DNA of 64,000 nucleotides from an uncultured Verrucomicrobiae bacterium (GCA_963772365.1 CAVYXA010000001.1:1536001-1600000); one strand, 5' to 3'; positions 23,584 to 37,177 are shown, numbered from the stretch's first letter. The notes: a model not told the origin generated them from the sequence alone. A program made the numbers and translations.

Positions 23584-25239
23584 TCAACGCCGGTGTAGAT
23601 ACTCCCACTCCTGCAATGCAATCGGAACGTTGCCGTTTTTCCAGAGATAATCATGGAAGGCCCGAAGATTGAATTTGTCTCCTTCCTGCATGCGTGCATC
23701 CGCGAGGAACTTTAAAATTTGGAGCTTCCCAATCTGATAAGTGAGCGCCTGACCGGGACCGACTGAAAATGCGATCGCCTCCTGGCGAGCGGTTTGTTCG
23801 TCCATCGGAACTTTCTCTTGAAGATATTTCGCGGCTTGCTCGAGCGTGAACTGGCCCAGCGCCAGTTTCACATCCACTTCCACGCGTAGCGCGCGTAACC
23901 GCATAAAGTTGTAAATGATTTCGCGCGTATGGGGGCTGTCGTCGAACAGTCCGGCTTGTAACATCATTTCCTCGGCGTAAAAGCCGATGCCTTCATTCGC
24001 GCCCGAATCGTAGTAGTGGCGCCGAATCGGGTCTTCGTGTTTCCAGGAAAGACATAGCTGAAAGTAATGACCGGGAATTCCTTCATGCACGCAAATCGGC
24101 CGCGAGTCCATCGCGGTTGCCCGCCAGAAGTACGGAAGCTTGTCAGACGGCTCAGTTACGTAACGGATGCAATTCTCGTTCAACCGCGATGGTGAAGTGA
24201 AATCATCCGTCTCAGTAAATCCGAGTGCTCGCAAATATTCCGGTGTCGATCTTAGCGTGTAATGCTGAACCCAATCCGGCACCGTCAGAATTCCTCGGTC
24301 ATCGAGAAATTTTCGGATCTGCAATTCCTTTACAGCCGCGTCTTTGATCTCAGCGTCGAGATTTGATGCGAGTTGGAGCGGCGGAACATCTTTGTTCCGA
24401 TTTTTCTCGTAGGTTTCAAACGCCACCGCTCGATTCCATTCCTGTTGTCCCATCGCCAGAATTTCCTCGGGCGAGTACGGATACAATGCGACCTTCTTAA
24501 GGAAAAAGAGGTAAGCGTCACGGCCGAGTGCGGTTTGCTGCGGAAGCGATGGCAAGAGCTTTTGTAGATGCGAGCGGAAATGCTCAAGCGCGTCGGCCGC
24601 GCGATTTGTCGCTCCATTCAATTCCTCCTCCTTAAGGGTTGTCGAAGGGCGGAGCGAGTTCGCCATCTTTTGGAGTCGCTCGCGGATTCCACCTAACGCT
24701 TGAATCGCGACCCCGGCGAACGGCGCAGGTGGCTTATCGAGATTTCCTTCAGCCTCGTCGAGGATCGAGGGGATGTTTGCAATCCGCGTGAGAATTTCAC
24801 GGCTCCGCGTTTCATCGTAAGGTGCGGGAACTGTTAGCGCCTCAGCGAGTGCGGTGAGCGTTTGTTCCAGATAGAAGTTCGGATCGCGTTTCCAGCGCGG
24901 ATTGATGTCGAGCTCCCAATGGACGCGCGAGAGCGCCGACCCCATCAATTTGTAGTCAACCTGCTTTGAAATTGACCAATCCTGGGTGCTGATTTTTTTC
25001 AAACGCATTTCAAATGCGGCGCGATCCTTTCGGCGTTTCCCGATCGCTGCGCGCGACCAATCACGAATCCCGTCCGGGCGTTCCATCCGGTTTACATCGT
25101 CGCCGGTAAACGGCGCATTCTTGGCGCGCCATTGCCAGAAATCGTCAGCCAGTCGTTCAAGCGAGTCCGCCTGCGCGTGAGAAATCGCCAGAACGACCAC
25201 TGAACAGATGAGAATGGTAATTCGTTTTGCCGCCGTCAT
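23584..25239 (-). CDS. DUF885-family secreted protein (putative metallopeptidase)
   Basis: Signal peptide; HEGIPGHYFQ, EGIGFYAE, PGQALTYQIG. Confidence 0.88.
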   Translation of the reverse strand: MTAAKRITILICSVVVLAISHAQADSLERLADDFWQWRAKNAPFTGDDVNRMERPDGIRDWSRAAIGKRRKDRAAFEMRLKKISTQDWSISKQVDYKLMGSALSRVHWELDINPRWKRDPNFYLEQTLTALAEALTVPAPYDETRSREILTRIANIPSILDEAEGNLDKPPAPFAGVAIQALGGIRERLQKMANSLRPSTTLKEEELNGATNRAADALEHFRSHLQKLLPSLPQQTALGRDAYLFFLKKVALYPYSPEEILAMGQQEWNRAVAFETYEKNRNKDVPPLQLASNLDAEIKDAAVKELQIRKFLDDRGILTVPDWVQHYTLRSTPEYLRALGFTETDDFTSPSRLNENCIRYVTEPSDKLPYFWRATAMDSRPICVHEGIPGHYFQLCLSWKHEDPIRRHYYDSGANEGIGFYAEEMMLQAGLFDDSPHTREIIYNFMRLRALRVEVDVKLALGQFTLEQAAKYLQEKVPMDEQTARQEAIAFSVGPGQALTYQIGKLQILKFLADARMQEGDKFNLRAFHDYLWKNGNVPIALQEWEYLHRR

Positions 25240-26333
25240 GCTCGATCGCTTTTCAATCGTTTCTCGCGCTCAAACCGTTCCAGCGCGAGATGGATCAGTC
25301 TATCGATTAATTCCGTGTAAGAGATGCCGGTTGCTTCCCAGAGCTTCGGATACATGCTGATTCGGGTGAATCCTGGGATCGTGTTGATCTCGTTAACGAT
25401 GATTTCTTTGTCGTTCCTGAGGAAGAAATCGACTCGCGCCATCCCCTCACAGCAAAGCACGGAAAACACTTTGATTGCCAGATGTCGGATGCGGTCTGAA
25501 ATCGCCGGAGGCAGCTCCGCCGGTATTTCCAACGCAGCGCCGTTCTCATCGAGATACTTCGCTTCGTACGAATAAAATTCGTGGCTCGGCAAAATTTCGC
25601 CCGGGACTGATGCAATGGGTTGGTCGTTGCCGAGCACTGAACACTCTATCTCGCGACCACTGATGCATTCCTCGATCAACACTTTATTGTCATACTGAAA
25701 TGCATCACGAAGGGCGCTCTCGAATTCTGCCCGATTTTGAATTTTATGGATGCCAACTGATGAACCCAGGTTTGCGGGTTTGATAAAAAGTGGCAGACCG
25801 AGTTGCTCCCGCGCAGAATCGAAACTGATCGCCGTCGCAGGATATTTCCGGATCACGATAAATCGGGCGACCGGAATGCCAGCATCTCTCAATAGTCGCT
25901 TCATTGCGTCTTTATCCATGCCAATCGCTGAACCCAGAACGCCGGCGCCCACGAATGGGATGTTCGCGAGCTTCAATAGTCCCTGAACGGTGCCATCCTC
26001 GCCGAATGGGCCGTGCAGAACAGGGAAAATTACATCCAGCGAGCCAAGCCTTCGCGCACCGGAAATCGACACCAATTGTTCCCTCTGTGTTCCTGGAACA
26101 AGCGCAAGATTTTCACCGGTTTGCACTTCGGACAATTCGGATCGTTCTTTGAGAGGAAGGAAGCGCGATTCTTCATCAAGATGCCATTGCCCTTTTTTGT
26201 CGATGCCGATCAGGACAACATCGTATTTGTCGGTGTCGATCGCGTCGATAATGTTCTTCGCCGATTGCAAGGAAACTTCGTGCTCTGCAGAACGACCACC
26301 GAAAAGTATTCCAACGCGGATTTTTCGGGCCAT
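25236..26333 (-). CDS. ddl: D-alanine-D-alanine ligase
   Basis: FGGRSAEHEVS, LHGPFGEDG, KPANLGSSVGI, NEINTIPGFT..SMYP. Confidence 0.96.
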   Translation of the reverse strand: MARKIRVGILFGGRSAEHEVSLQSAKNIIDAIDTDKYDVVLIGIDKKGQWHLDEESRFLPLKERSELSEVQTGENLALVPGTQREQLVSISGARRLGSLDVIFPVLHGPFGEDGTVQGLLKLANIPFVGAGVLGSAIGMDKDAMKRLLRDAGIPVARFIVIRKYPATAISFDSAREQLGLPLFIKPANLGSSVGIHKIQNRAEFESALRDAFQYDNKVLIEECISGREIECSVLGNDQPIASVPGEILPSHEFYSYEAKYLDENGAALEIPAELPPAISDRIRHLAIKVFSVLCCEGMARVDFFLRNDKEIIVNEINTIPGFTRISMYPKLWEATGISYTELIDRLIHLALERFEREKRLKSDRA

Positions 26334-28189
26334 TAGTTGTTGATTTTCTGCAACGCGTCCGGCTCGCGAAAGGGCAGTTCGATCACGCTGGCATGGGCAG
26401 CGTCATGATAAATCTGCACGTGGCAGGTCTGTGCGCTCTTGGCTGTTTCTTCCGCAACCACACCACCTGAGCAGTAATCCTTCTGCCAGAAAATGGAATT
26501 AGGAGAAGTAACGATCAGCCGGAGACGGCTGCCTTTCATCAATCTTCGCGCGACAAACAATCCCGGATCGAAATCGCACTTCACGATTTCGCCCGGCTTC
26601 ACCAATTTCGCCTGGCGCAGTGATTCACGATAACGCAAACGCCGAACATCGCTCCACAGGGCGATGCTCGTTCCATCCGGCTGAATTTCGTAAAGATCGG
26701 CTTCAAGATCGACATCGGGTCTGTCGATGGACGGCCACAGCGTCACCTTCGGGCAACCTACCAGCGGAGTCTCAGCGGAGAGCGAATCGGTATGATAAAC
26801 GAGGCCGTCTTTGCCGATGCTTAAAGCCAATCGTTGATCAATCCCCGCCGTTTTGTCATTCGGCTCTACACCCTCGACGTTTTCGCCACGGCTCGTGTCG
26901 AGCGGATTGTAAACATATCTGTCCGTCCCCGCGCTCGGCTTTTTGTCGCTGAGAAATCCGGATCGAAATACGCCATTAGCGTCCCCATTCTGTGAATCGA
27001 GGTAGAATGTTTTGGGATCGGCGACGAGCGCCGAGAAATCATCCGCATATTTCCACTCCCCGTTGGCGCCGCTATTTCCCGCGGCTAGCAAATAATACGC
27101 GACTCGCCTTTTCAGGAACTCCGGTTTCGGACCGTTCTTCAACGTCCAGTCGTACCATTGCCGATGCAGATCGTTAAGATCGACAATCGCTGCCGGGCCA
27201 AACTTTACTCCGCCGACTTCATCCGTTGGCGTACGTGTACCGGCATGGTCCCATGGGCCGATGACTAGGAAATGCTTTGCCTGCGCTTCCGCTGAAGCAT
27301 TCGCGATGTGACCGCGATAATACGCCAGGGCACCGAGCTCGTCACCATCAAATTGACCGGTGATCGTAAGGATCGGGACTGAGATCTTACTGAATTGTTC
27401 GACGCTCGGCACCATTGCGTCATAATAGGCATCGGCGATTGGATGCTTCAGGATCCGTTGAAAATTAACTGACGGATTTCCGACAAATGAATCAAGCTCT
27501 CTGAAGGCGATGTGCTTCTTGTAAGCGTCGAGAAATTTCCCGCGCCAAAATTTTTGATCGCTGAAGAGATTTTCCTGACCGGTATGCCCGCTGGTGAAGG
27601 TGAACCATTGTACGTCGTAAGGTTCGCCGATGTCGTTATAGGAAGGATAATCGAGAGGCGGATGGGCGGCAGCGGCTGGAACGATCGTGGCCAGATGTGC
27701 CGGAAAGTCCTTCGCGGTCGCCCACTGAGCGAACCCAGCGTACGAACCGCCCCACACTGCGACTTTGCCGTCGCAAAATGGCTGTTTGGCCAACCATTCC
27801 ACAACGTCATGTCCATCGCGCGGTTCCTGTGCGAATGGCTCGAATTCGCCGCCGGAATTGCCCCGGCCGCGAACATCGACAAGCGCGAAGACATAACCAT
27901 GCAACGCGAAGTATGCCGCGCGGGCATGATAGGAATCGGAAATGTAAGGCGTGAGCGTGAAAATAACGGGCATTTTCCGTGAGGAACCGTCCGGCGCATT
28001 CGGCAAATACAGGGTCGCGTTTAGTTCGACCTTGTCTTGCATTGGTATTCTTGCGCCCCAGCGAAGATGGTAATCAGCTGGTTCCCGGGACGGCAAAGGC
28101 GATGGAGAGAGAAGTGGCGGTGGCGTTTGGACCGCAATGAACGCGATGAAATTCAGCCACCTAAGGAAAGCTAAGATCGACGGTTTCAT
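26333..28189 (-). CDS. CocE/NonD-family serine hydrolase
   Basis: TPY, DVRGRGNSGG, nucleophile motif GGSYAG, IGPWDH. Confidence 0.9.
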   Translation of the reverse strand: MKPSILAFLRWLNFIAFIAVQTPPPLLSPSPLPSREPADYHLRWGARIPMQDKVELNATLYLPNAPDGSSRKMPVIFTLTPYISDSYHARAAYFALHGYVFALVDVRGRGNSGGEFEPFAQEPRDGHDVVEWLAKQPFCDGKVAVWGGSYAGFAQWATAKDFPAHLATIVPAAAAHPPLDYPSYNDIGEPYDVQWFTFTSGHTGQENLFSDQKFWRGKFLDAYKKHIAFRELDSFVGNPSVNFQRILKHPIADAYYDAMVPSVEQFSKISVPILTITGQFDGDELGALAYYRGHIANASAEAQAKHFLVIGPWDHAGTRTPTDEVGGVKFGPAAIVDLNDLHRQWYDWTLKNGPKPEFLKRRVAYYLLAAGNSGANGEWKYADDFSALVADPKTFYLDSQNGDANGVFRSGFLSDKKPSAGTDRYVYNPLDTSRGENVEGVEPNDKTAGIDQRLALSIGKDGLVYHTDSLSAETPLVGCPKVTLWPSIDRPDVDLEADLYEIQPDGTSIALWSDVRRLRYRESLRQAKLVKPGEIVKCDFDPGLFVARRLMKGSRLRLIVTSPNSIFWQKDYCSGGVVAEETAKSAQTCHVQIYHDAAHASVIELPFREPDALQKINN

Positions 28190-28279
28190 GCCGGCCAACG
28201 TTGAAACGAAAGGTTGCAAAAAGACGCAAGCTTTGGCGACTGATTTATTGCAATGAATTCCGCAAATCCTTGCCGCAGC

Positions 28280-29139
28280 TCAACCATTCACAATCGTGCC
28301 GCCAGTCGGATGAAGAATCTGCCCTGTCATATAGGACGTATCGTCGGACGCGAGAAAAACGTAGCTGGGCGCGATCTCCTCAGGTTGGCCAGCGCGCCCC
28401 AACGGGACATTCGATCCAAACGTCTCAACGTCTTCCTTTGGAAATGACGCCGGAATTAGCGGCGTCCAGATCGGACCCGGTGCGACCGCGTTCACGCGAA
28501 TGCCTTTTTTGGCAAGGTTCTGCGATAACGAGCGGGTGAAAGCCACAATCGCGCCTTTCTTGGATGAATAGTCAAGCAGCCGCGGATTGCCTTTGTAAGC
28601 AGTGACCGATGCGGTATTGATGATACAGAGCCCTTCTTGAGGTACTTCATCGCGGCTTTGGTCATGAAGAAGAATGAGAAAATATTTGTGCGAAATGTGC
28701 GCTCCAATCGCTGCGCACTGATTTTCGTAATCGAATCCTGAAGATGCTGTTCGGCTGCGTTGTTGACCAGGATGTCGATCTTGCCGAATTCGTCGACAGC
28801 TTCGTCAATTGCTCGCCGACAGAATTCCTCATCACCCACATCGCCGTCGATTAGCAGACATTTCCGCCCCCATTCTTCGACGCAGCGCTCCGTTTCCTTC
28901 GCGTCCCTGTGTTCCTCGAGATAAATTACGCTTGTGTCAGCGCCTTCCTTGGCGAAAGCGATCGCGACCGCCTGCCCGATACCGCTGTCGCCCCCGGTAA
29001 TAACTGCGACTTTTTCCTTGAGCTTCCCGCTGCCAGAATATTCTTGGTCCGTAGATTCTGGTCGCGGAACCATTTTGTACTGCCGCCCCGGCTGTCTATT
29101 TTGGCGTTGAGGCGGCTGCAGCTTTTTTTTCGCCGGCAT
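28280..29139 (-). CDS. SDR oxidoreductase, YhxC/YdaD-like general stress type (frameshift near 28625)
   Basis: TGGDSGIG, NNAAEQH, catalytic YSSKK, VNAVAPGPIWTPLI, split over two frames. Confidence 0.88.
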
Positions 29140-29260
29140 TCCTAAGAAATTCGTAGCAGGACGGTGTGCCAGATGTTTTGCCGCGCAGACTTCCCGTAAA
29201 AGGCTACGTCGTAGGCGAATACGGCTGTCAGGAAATCTCGAAAAATTAACTGAGACAGGG

Positions 29261-29288
29261 TTGACGAAATAGCGATTGCCGTTAAGAT
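29261..29288 (+). promoter_or_regulatory. Putative promoter of the 23S-5S unit
   Basis: TTGACG-N16-TAAGAT about 340 nt upstream of 23S. Confidence 0.55.
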
Positions 29289-29477
29289 ATTGATCCCGCC
29301 TAACGCGGGGCTCCTTAAATCAGGAGCGTGTTCTACGTACATTTGGGACTGCAAATTGGACTCAATTTTGTCCCCGCTTTCGCCAAGGCTGCGGCGGGCA
29401 AGCCCGCTGGTTGAAGAGGAGAATCCGGGGCGCAAGATTGAGTTTTTTTGTCGCCTCAAAATGTACGAAAAGAATTG

Positions 29478-29500
29478 GTTCTTTGACATCTACATACAGG
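29478..29500 (+). promoter_or_regulatory. boxA-like site and 5' arm of the 23S processing stem
   Basis: GGTTCTTTGAC; tgacatctacatacagg (29484-29500) is the exact reverse complement of 32613-32629. Confidence 0.75.
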
Positions 29501-29627
29501 GTAGTAAGAAAGTACAACTTTTAAGAGCTGAGTCTGAAATATCTGTGGCGACGGTCTGTGACCGTCGCTCAGGAGAGTTTCAGTTATCAAAGAATCTCGA
29601 TCCGGCGCATGCCGGATTGAACAGATT

Positions 29628-32499
<2,872 letters not shown>

Positions 32500-32728
32500 T
32501 TTTACTTTTCTATTAACCCGTTCCGCGCAAGCGGAACGGCAAACAGAGGAGACAAAGGATCTCAAAACTCAGACGAAGTTGTAGCGTCGGCTGTCCTCAG
32601 CCGAAATGAAAACCTGTATGTAGATGTCAGCGAATTAGCAGTTCTTTGAAAAATCGAGATAGTCTCCAGACTTCGCAATCGGCCAAGCTCGCCGCGATAG
32701 CGGCGATACAGCCACTCCGGGTACGGAG

Positions 32729-32844
32729 TCTGGTGACATTAGCGCAGTGGCACCACCCGTCCCCATTCCGAACACGGAAGTGAAACGCTGCAGCCCCGAT
32801 GGTAGTACGGCGATAGGCCGTGTGAGAGTAGGACGTCGCCAGAA
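32729..32844 (+). rRNA. rrf: 5S rRNA
   Basis: tctggtgac/gtcgccaga terminal helix, ccattccgaacacggaagtgaa, gatggtagt, gagagtagg. Confidence 0.97.
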
Positions 32845-32846
32845 CA

Positions 32847-32887
32847 GAACCCCGCTACTTTTAACTACGTGGCGGGGTTCTTCTTTT
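32847..32887 (+). terminator. Intrinsic terminator after 5S
   Basis: gaaccccgctac/gtggcggggttc hairpin followed by a T-rich tail. Confidence 0.8.
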
Positions 32888-32923
32888 GTAGAGTCTTCGA
32901 TTCGGAGCGGTTGGCGCAACTGC

Positions 32924-33319
32924 TTAGCGCGCAATGTCAGAGACCAGCCAAATATCTTCTTCCAAATCACCAACAATGCCGCCGAGGTCTTCGGCATCTA
33001 TTGGTTTGCCAATCACTTCATCGACATCCAGTTCCTCGTAGATGCCGATATTATTTGGAGAAAGATGGCCTGAAAGCACCACGATCTTGCCCTTATATTT
33101 TCGCCGACGCAGCTTGCGCACGAGTTCCAGACCACCCGATCGCGGCATTCGATGGTCGGTGATTACAAGATCGAACCTCTTCTTCGCCAACAGGGCGAGG
33201 GCGTCCTGCCCGTTCTTCGCTACGGCGATCTTCCGATGCGGAGCTTTCAATAGACTGGCAATGGACTCGCCTATGATCGGCTCGTCATCGACTGCGAGAA
33301 TATGTGTTTTTCTCTTCAT
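32924..33319 (-). CDS. Single-domain response regulator
   Basis: ILAVDDE, DLVITDHRMP..GLEL, VLSG, KP. Confidence 0.9.
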   Translation of the reverse strand: MKRKTHILAVDDEPIIGESIASLLKAPHRKIAVAKNGQDALALLAKKRFDLVITDHRMPRSGGLELVRKLRRRKYKGKIVVLSGHLSPNNIGIYEELDVDEVIGKPIDAEDLGGIVGDLEEDIWLVSDIAR

Positions 33320-33335
33320 CCTTGCCTAGAATAAG

Positions 33336-33351
33336 AGCAAACCTCGCGCCG
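33336..33351 (-). promoter_or_regulatory. Putative sigma-54 (-24/-12) promoter
   Basis: Minus strand CGGCGCGAGGTTTGCT = GG-N10-GC, 17 nt upstream of the regulator ATG. Confidence 0.55.
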
Positions 33352-33462
33352 TAGCTCGGTGGAAAGCCGTTAACCTGCGAACCAATATTTCTAACGGCGA
33401 GACAATACTATCCGCACGCCTTCCCCCTTTGCATCCGTGCAATCCGCAGTAATTTTCCCCTC

Positions 33463-33975
33463 ATGCTTACAAGTCAAAAGGTCGTCGATGCCATTAACGA
33501 ACAGATCGGATACGAATTTAGCGCCTCGCTTCAATACTTCGCCATCGCCTCACACTTTGCAGCTGATGCGTTGCCGCAATTGTCGCAGCATTTTTTCCGG
33601 CAAGCAGAAGAAGAAAAGGGTCATGCTCTGCGATTCATTAAATACGTAGTCGATGCTGGAGGACGTGTAGAGATTCCCGGGATCGATGCCCCGAAATCAA
33701 AATTCAAGACGGCGCGCGACGCCGTGAAATTGTCACTCGATCAGGAAGTGCATGTCACGAAGCAGATCAATGCACTTGTCGATCTTGCCCGAAAAGAGAA
33801 CGACCATATCACGATCAATTTTCTCCAGTGGTTCCTGACCGAGCAGCTCGAAGAAGTCTCGTCAATGGACAACTTGCTGAAAATCATCCAACGCGCGGGA
33901 AATGATCTCCTTCAGGCGGACGAGTACCTGGCTCGCGTCGGGATCAAAACAATGCCAGAAGCGCCGGCCGAGTAA
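33463..33975 (+). CDS. ftnA: Non-heme ferritin
   Basis: INEQIGYE..QY, QAEEEKGHA, E..VTKQIN, FLQWFLTEQLEE. Confidence 0.9.
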   Translation: MLTSQKVVDAINEQIGYEFSASLQYFAIASHFAADALPQLSQHFFRQAEEEKGHALRFIKYVVDAGGRVEIPGIDAPKSKFKTARDAVKLSLDQEVHVTKQINALVDLARKENDHITINFLQWFLTEQLEEVSSMDNLLKIIQRAGNDLLQADEYLARVGIKTMPEAPAE

Positions 33976-33995
33976 AAAAATCAGTTAGTTCCGGT

Positions 33996-35714
33996 TCACA
34001 CTTCGCGAATCACTTCGCTTGCCCTCTTGTCTTCACGCAAACCGAGGAAGACCGGAGCACGCAATTTCTTGTCGCGAGTCCACTCGGCGAACTTGATCTC
34101 GCAGACGAACATCGGATTGGTCCAGTGCATTTTGTTCATCATTGAGGGCGTGATACCCTGCACCCATTTGCCAGCATGTTTCGAAGGAAGATCGACAAAC
34201 GGACAATCGCTCCGTTCTTCGGCCTGAAGTTTCTTGTACAACATCGACAATGTCTTCGACGTGAATCCGGTGCCGACTTTACCGGCAAACATAAGTTTCT
34301 TGTCCTCATAGTAGCCGACCAAAATCGCGCCAAAGTATTTCCGCGAACCCTCAGGCGGGGTGTATCCGCCGATAACGAATTCCTGTTCGTTCACACATTT
34401 GAGTTTCACCCAAGCACCGCTGCGGCGGCCGGCTTCGTAAACCGAGTTGCGCTGTTTCCCAATCAAACCTTCGAGGCCGCGTTTCCTTATTTCCCCTAAA
34501 AGCTTATCGGCATCACCTCCGATGACGCCGGAAAACCGGATCAACTCGGGAGCTCCAGCACACAACTGCGCAAGCGCGTTCTTCCTGGCCTCGAGGGGGA
34601 GCGGCATCAGGTCTTTCCCGTCGAACTGAAGCAAGTCGAACGCGTAGAAATAAAGCGGCGATTTTTTCGCTTGCATCTCCCGCATCTGCAAGAGCTGAAA
34701 TGCCGATCGGCCTTCTTCATCCAGTGCAACAACTTCGCCGTCGATCACACATTCTTTGGCTGGCAGTTTTTTGACAGCATCGACAACTTCGGGAAAGCGG
34801 GCGTCTAATTTCTTTTCGTTTCGCGAAAAGAGCGAAACTTTTTTGCCGACCTTGACCGCTATTGCGCGAAACCCGTCGAATTTTAGTTCATAAATCCACT
34901 CACCCTTCGCCGTTGGTTTCTCCACTAACTTCGCCTTCATCGGTTCGATGAAGCGCGGCTTGTTTGAGGGCAAGTCCGCCAATGCGGTTGTGGGGCGACC
35001 GTTCCGATTCCCTGCCGTCCGATTCGGCAGGCGACGCGCCTGCCCTACCATTTCATTTTTTTCTTTTTTTTTAACTGCCGCGCGAATTCGCGCCTTGAAT
35101 TTCGATGTGGCACTCTGGTTTTCCGCACGGTTCGATTCCCATTCGGCATCGCGATCGGCGGCAATTTGCTTCATTGTTCGGCCACTCTTAACCGATTGAT
35201 CCTCGACCTTTTTCGAAGGCGCTTTTGCGTTGGCACCGGTTTTCAGGATTAGCCATTGATTCTTCTCTCCATCGCGACCTCGAATTCGAACCAGCGTCCA
35301 TTCTCCTTTTGCTTTCTTTCCGTCGAGAACCAGATGGAGTTTGCCTTCATGCAATGAGTTCGACGGTTGCTCGCCATAAACGTAGTAGTCGCCCCGATCC
35401 CATACCATCACAGTTCCGCCGCCATATTGTCCTTCCGGAATGACTCCTTCGAACGTTTCATACTCGAGGGGGTGATCCTCAACTTCCACCGCGAGATGTT
35501 TTTCGCCTTTGGACCATGGCAGCCCTTTCGGCAATGCCCACGATTTCAGGATGCCCTCCATTTGGAGTCGAAAGTCGTAATGCAAACGCCGGGCGTCGTG
35601 CTTTTGAATCACAAAGCGCGACGCCCCTCGCACACTTTTGGGCAACGGCTTGCCGCCTGCGGGCTCCGCCGTTTTGCGGAAATCCCTTTTTCGTTTGTAT
35701 TCAGCGAGCGCCAT
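33996..35714 (-). CDS. ligD: NHEJ DNA ligase D (3'-phosphoesterase + ATP-dependent ligase; no polymerase domain)
   Basis: PE: FVIQKHDARRLHYDFRL, VEDHPLEY, YGGGTVMVWD. Ligase: ELKFDGFR, IDGEVV, AFDLL, EGLIGK, VGTGF, LRAPVFLGLREDK. Confidence 0.93.
   Translation of the reverse strand: MALAEYKRKRDFRKTAEPAGGKPLPKSVRGASRFVIQKHDARRLHYDFRLQMEGILKSWALPKGLPWSKGEKHLAVEVEDHPLEYETFEGVIPEGQYGGGTVMVWDRGDYYVYGEQPSNSLHEGKLHLVLDGKKAKGEWTLVRIRGRDGEKNQWLILKTGANAKAPSKKVEDQSVKSGRTMKQIAADRDAEWESNRAENQSATSKFKARIRAAVKKKEKNEMVGQARRLPNRTAGNRNGRPTTALADLPSNKPRFIEPMKAKLVEKPTAKGEWIYELKFDGFRAIAVKVGKKVSLFSRNEKKLDARFPEVVDAVKKLPAKECVIDGEVVALDEEGRSAFQLLQMREMQAKKSPLYFYAFDLLQFDGKDLMPLPLEARKNALAQLCAGAPELIRFSGVIGGDADKLLGEIRKRGLEGLIGKQRNSVYEAGRRSGAWVKLKCVNEQEFVIGGYTPPEGSRKYFGAILVGYYEDKKLMFAGKVGTGFTSKTLSMLYKKLQAEERSDCPFVDLPSKHAGKWVQGITPSMMNKMHWTNPMFVCEIKFAEWTRDKKLRAPVFLGLREDKRASEVIREV
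34990..35048. repeat. GTAG-type REP doublet within the ligD coding sequence
   Basis: Reverse-complement halves match the 20028-20075 doublet at 21/23 and 18/23 nt. Confidence 0.75.
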
Positions 35715-35801
35715 GATTCCAGCTTAATTTCGGATCGCGCACATGCTACTGGATGTTCGGCAGGATGACAGGGTCATCTGACTGTTTTCATTAAACGAAA
35801 T

Positions 35802-35841
35802 GAAGACGCCACCGATATCCGGCAATAACGGTGGCGTCTTC
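35802..35841. terminator. Hairpin terminator downstream of the YciF-like gene
   Basis: gaagacgccaccg/cggtggcgtcttc perfect 13-bp stem. Confidence 0.75.
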
Positions 35842-35877
35842 TTCGGCAGCAGGTCGGAATCAGGAGCGTGTCCCGCT

Positions 35878-36375
35878 CTAGATCCCGAAAGTTGCCTCTA
35901 CATTGATACATTCTTCGGCAAGCTCGGTCAGCTTTTTATCGGTTTCGCCTTCTTCATCGAGAGTGTCCTGAAGGGATTCGACGTCGGCATCTCTTCCCAG
36001 GGTCTTCGCAAAAGTGCGAAGAGAACCGTAAGCAGCGATTTCGTAATGTTCGACGCGCTGGGCCGCGCTGATCAAGCCTGCGTCGAGAGCTGATTCGTCT
36101 CCCTTGGCTTTGAGCAACTCGGAACCTTCTTCAATTAATCCCTTCATTCCCTTGCAGGTCTTGCCCTTAGGGCTTTTGTCCAAGCTCTCGAAGATCTGCT
36201 CAAGGCGAGTGACATGCCCCTCGGTCTGTTCCAAGTGCTCCTCAAAAGCCTCTTTCAGAGCGGACGAGGAAGCATGTTTCGCCATCTTTGGCAGGGCCTT
36301 CAACAACTGATTTTCGGCGTTGTAGATATCGCGCAGTTCTTCCACGTAAAGTTCTTCCAATGAATCGACTTTCAT
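35878..36375 (-). CDS. yciF: Ferritin-like DUF892/YciF protein
   Basis: ELRDIYNAENQLLKALP, HLEQTEGH, CKGMKGLIEE, AQRVEHYEIAAYG. Confidence 0.88.
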   Translation of the reverse strand: MKVDSLEELYVEELRDIYNAENQLLKALPKMAKHASSSALKEAFEEHLEQTEGHVTRLEQIFESLDKSPKGKTCKGMKGLIEEGSELLKAKGDESALDAGLISAAQRVEHYEIAAYGSLRTFAKTLGRDADVESLQDTLDEEGETDKKLTELAEECINVEATFGI

Positions 36376-36507
36376 ATTCTCCCTTTGGTTGAATTGACTT
36401 TTTGGCCTGTTTCCAAGCGTTGCGGCTGTTCTCTAATGGACAGCCACGTAGAAGGAGAACGCGTCTCACCGGAGAAGCACGTGTAAGAAAATTTTGGCCG
36501 AGTTCGG

Positions 36508-37110
36508 CTATTCCGATTCGACCGGTTCGCCCATTAAATAACGGGTAAACCGCCGGATCACAATGTTTTCGCCAAGCTCCGCGATTTTGGCCTTCATGAG
36601 ATCGCCTATGGTCTGGTCAGGATTTTTGATGAACCCCTGCTCTAAAAGACAGACCGTGCTGTAAAATTTTTCAAATTTACCATCGACAATTTTATCGACG
36701 ACATTAGCCGGCTTGTCTTTTACCTGCGCCTTATAGATCTCCCGTTCCGCTTCAATCAGTTGGCCCGGCACGTGTTCCCGGCTGACGTAAAGGGGATGCG
36801 CTGCGGCAATGTGCAGAGTGATATCTTTCACGAACACCCGGAAATTTTCATTTTTTGCGACAAAATCCGTCTCGCAATTCACCTCCACTAGCACACCCAC
36901 TTTCCCCTGCTGATGAATGTAAGAGGCAACGATTCCTTCCTTGGTCGCTCTCGAAGCTTTCTTGCTTGCGCTGGCGATGCCCTTCTCCCGTAAAATTTGC
37001 TCCGCACGCTCGAAATCCCCGGCCGCCTCGGCCAGCGCCCGTTTGCAATCCATCATTCCAGCGTTGGTCTTTTCGCGAAGTTGCTTAACGAGTTTTGGAT
37101 CGATTTGCAT
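36508..37110 (-). CDS. tsf: Elongation factor Ts (short form)
   Basis: VKQLREKTNAGMMDCK, EVNCETDFVA. Confidence 0.97.
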   Translation of the reverse strand: MQIDPKLVKQLREKTNAGMMDCKRALAEAAGDFERAEQILREKGIASASKKASRATKEGIVASYIHQQGKVGVLVEVNCETDFVAKNENFRVFVKDITLHIAAAHPLYVSREHVPGQLIEAEREIYKAQVKDKPANVVDKIVDGKFEKFYSTVCLLEQGFIKNPDQTIGDLMKAKIAELGENIVIRRFTRYLMGEPVESE

Positions 37111-37177
37111 TGTATCTATTAGTCATGTCGAGCGAATTCGAGACATCCCGCAGCGAGATCTTCAGAGCAATTCTTCC

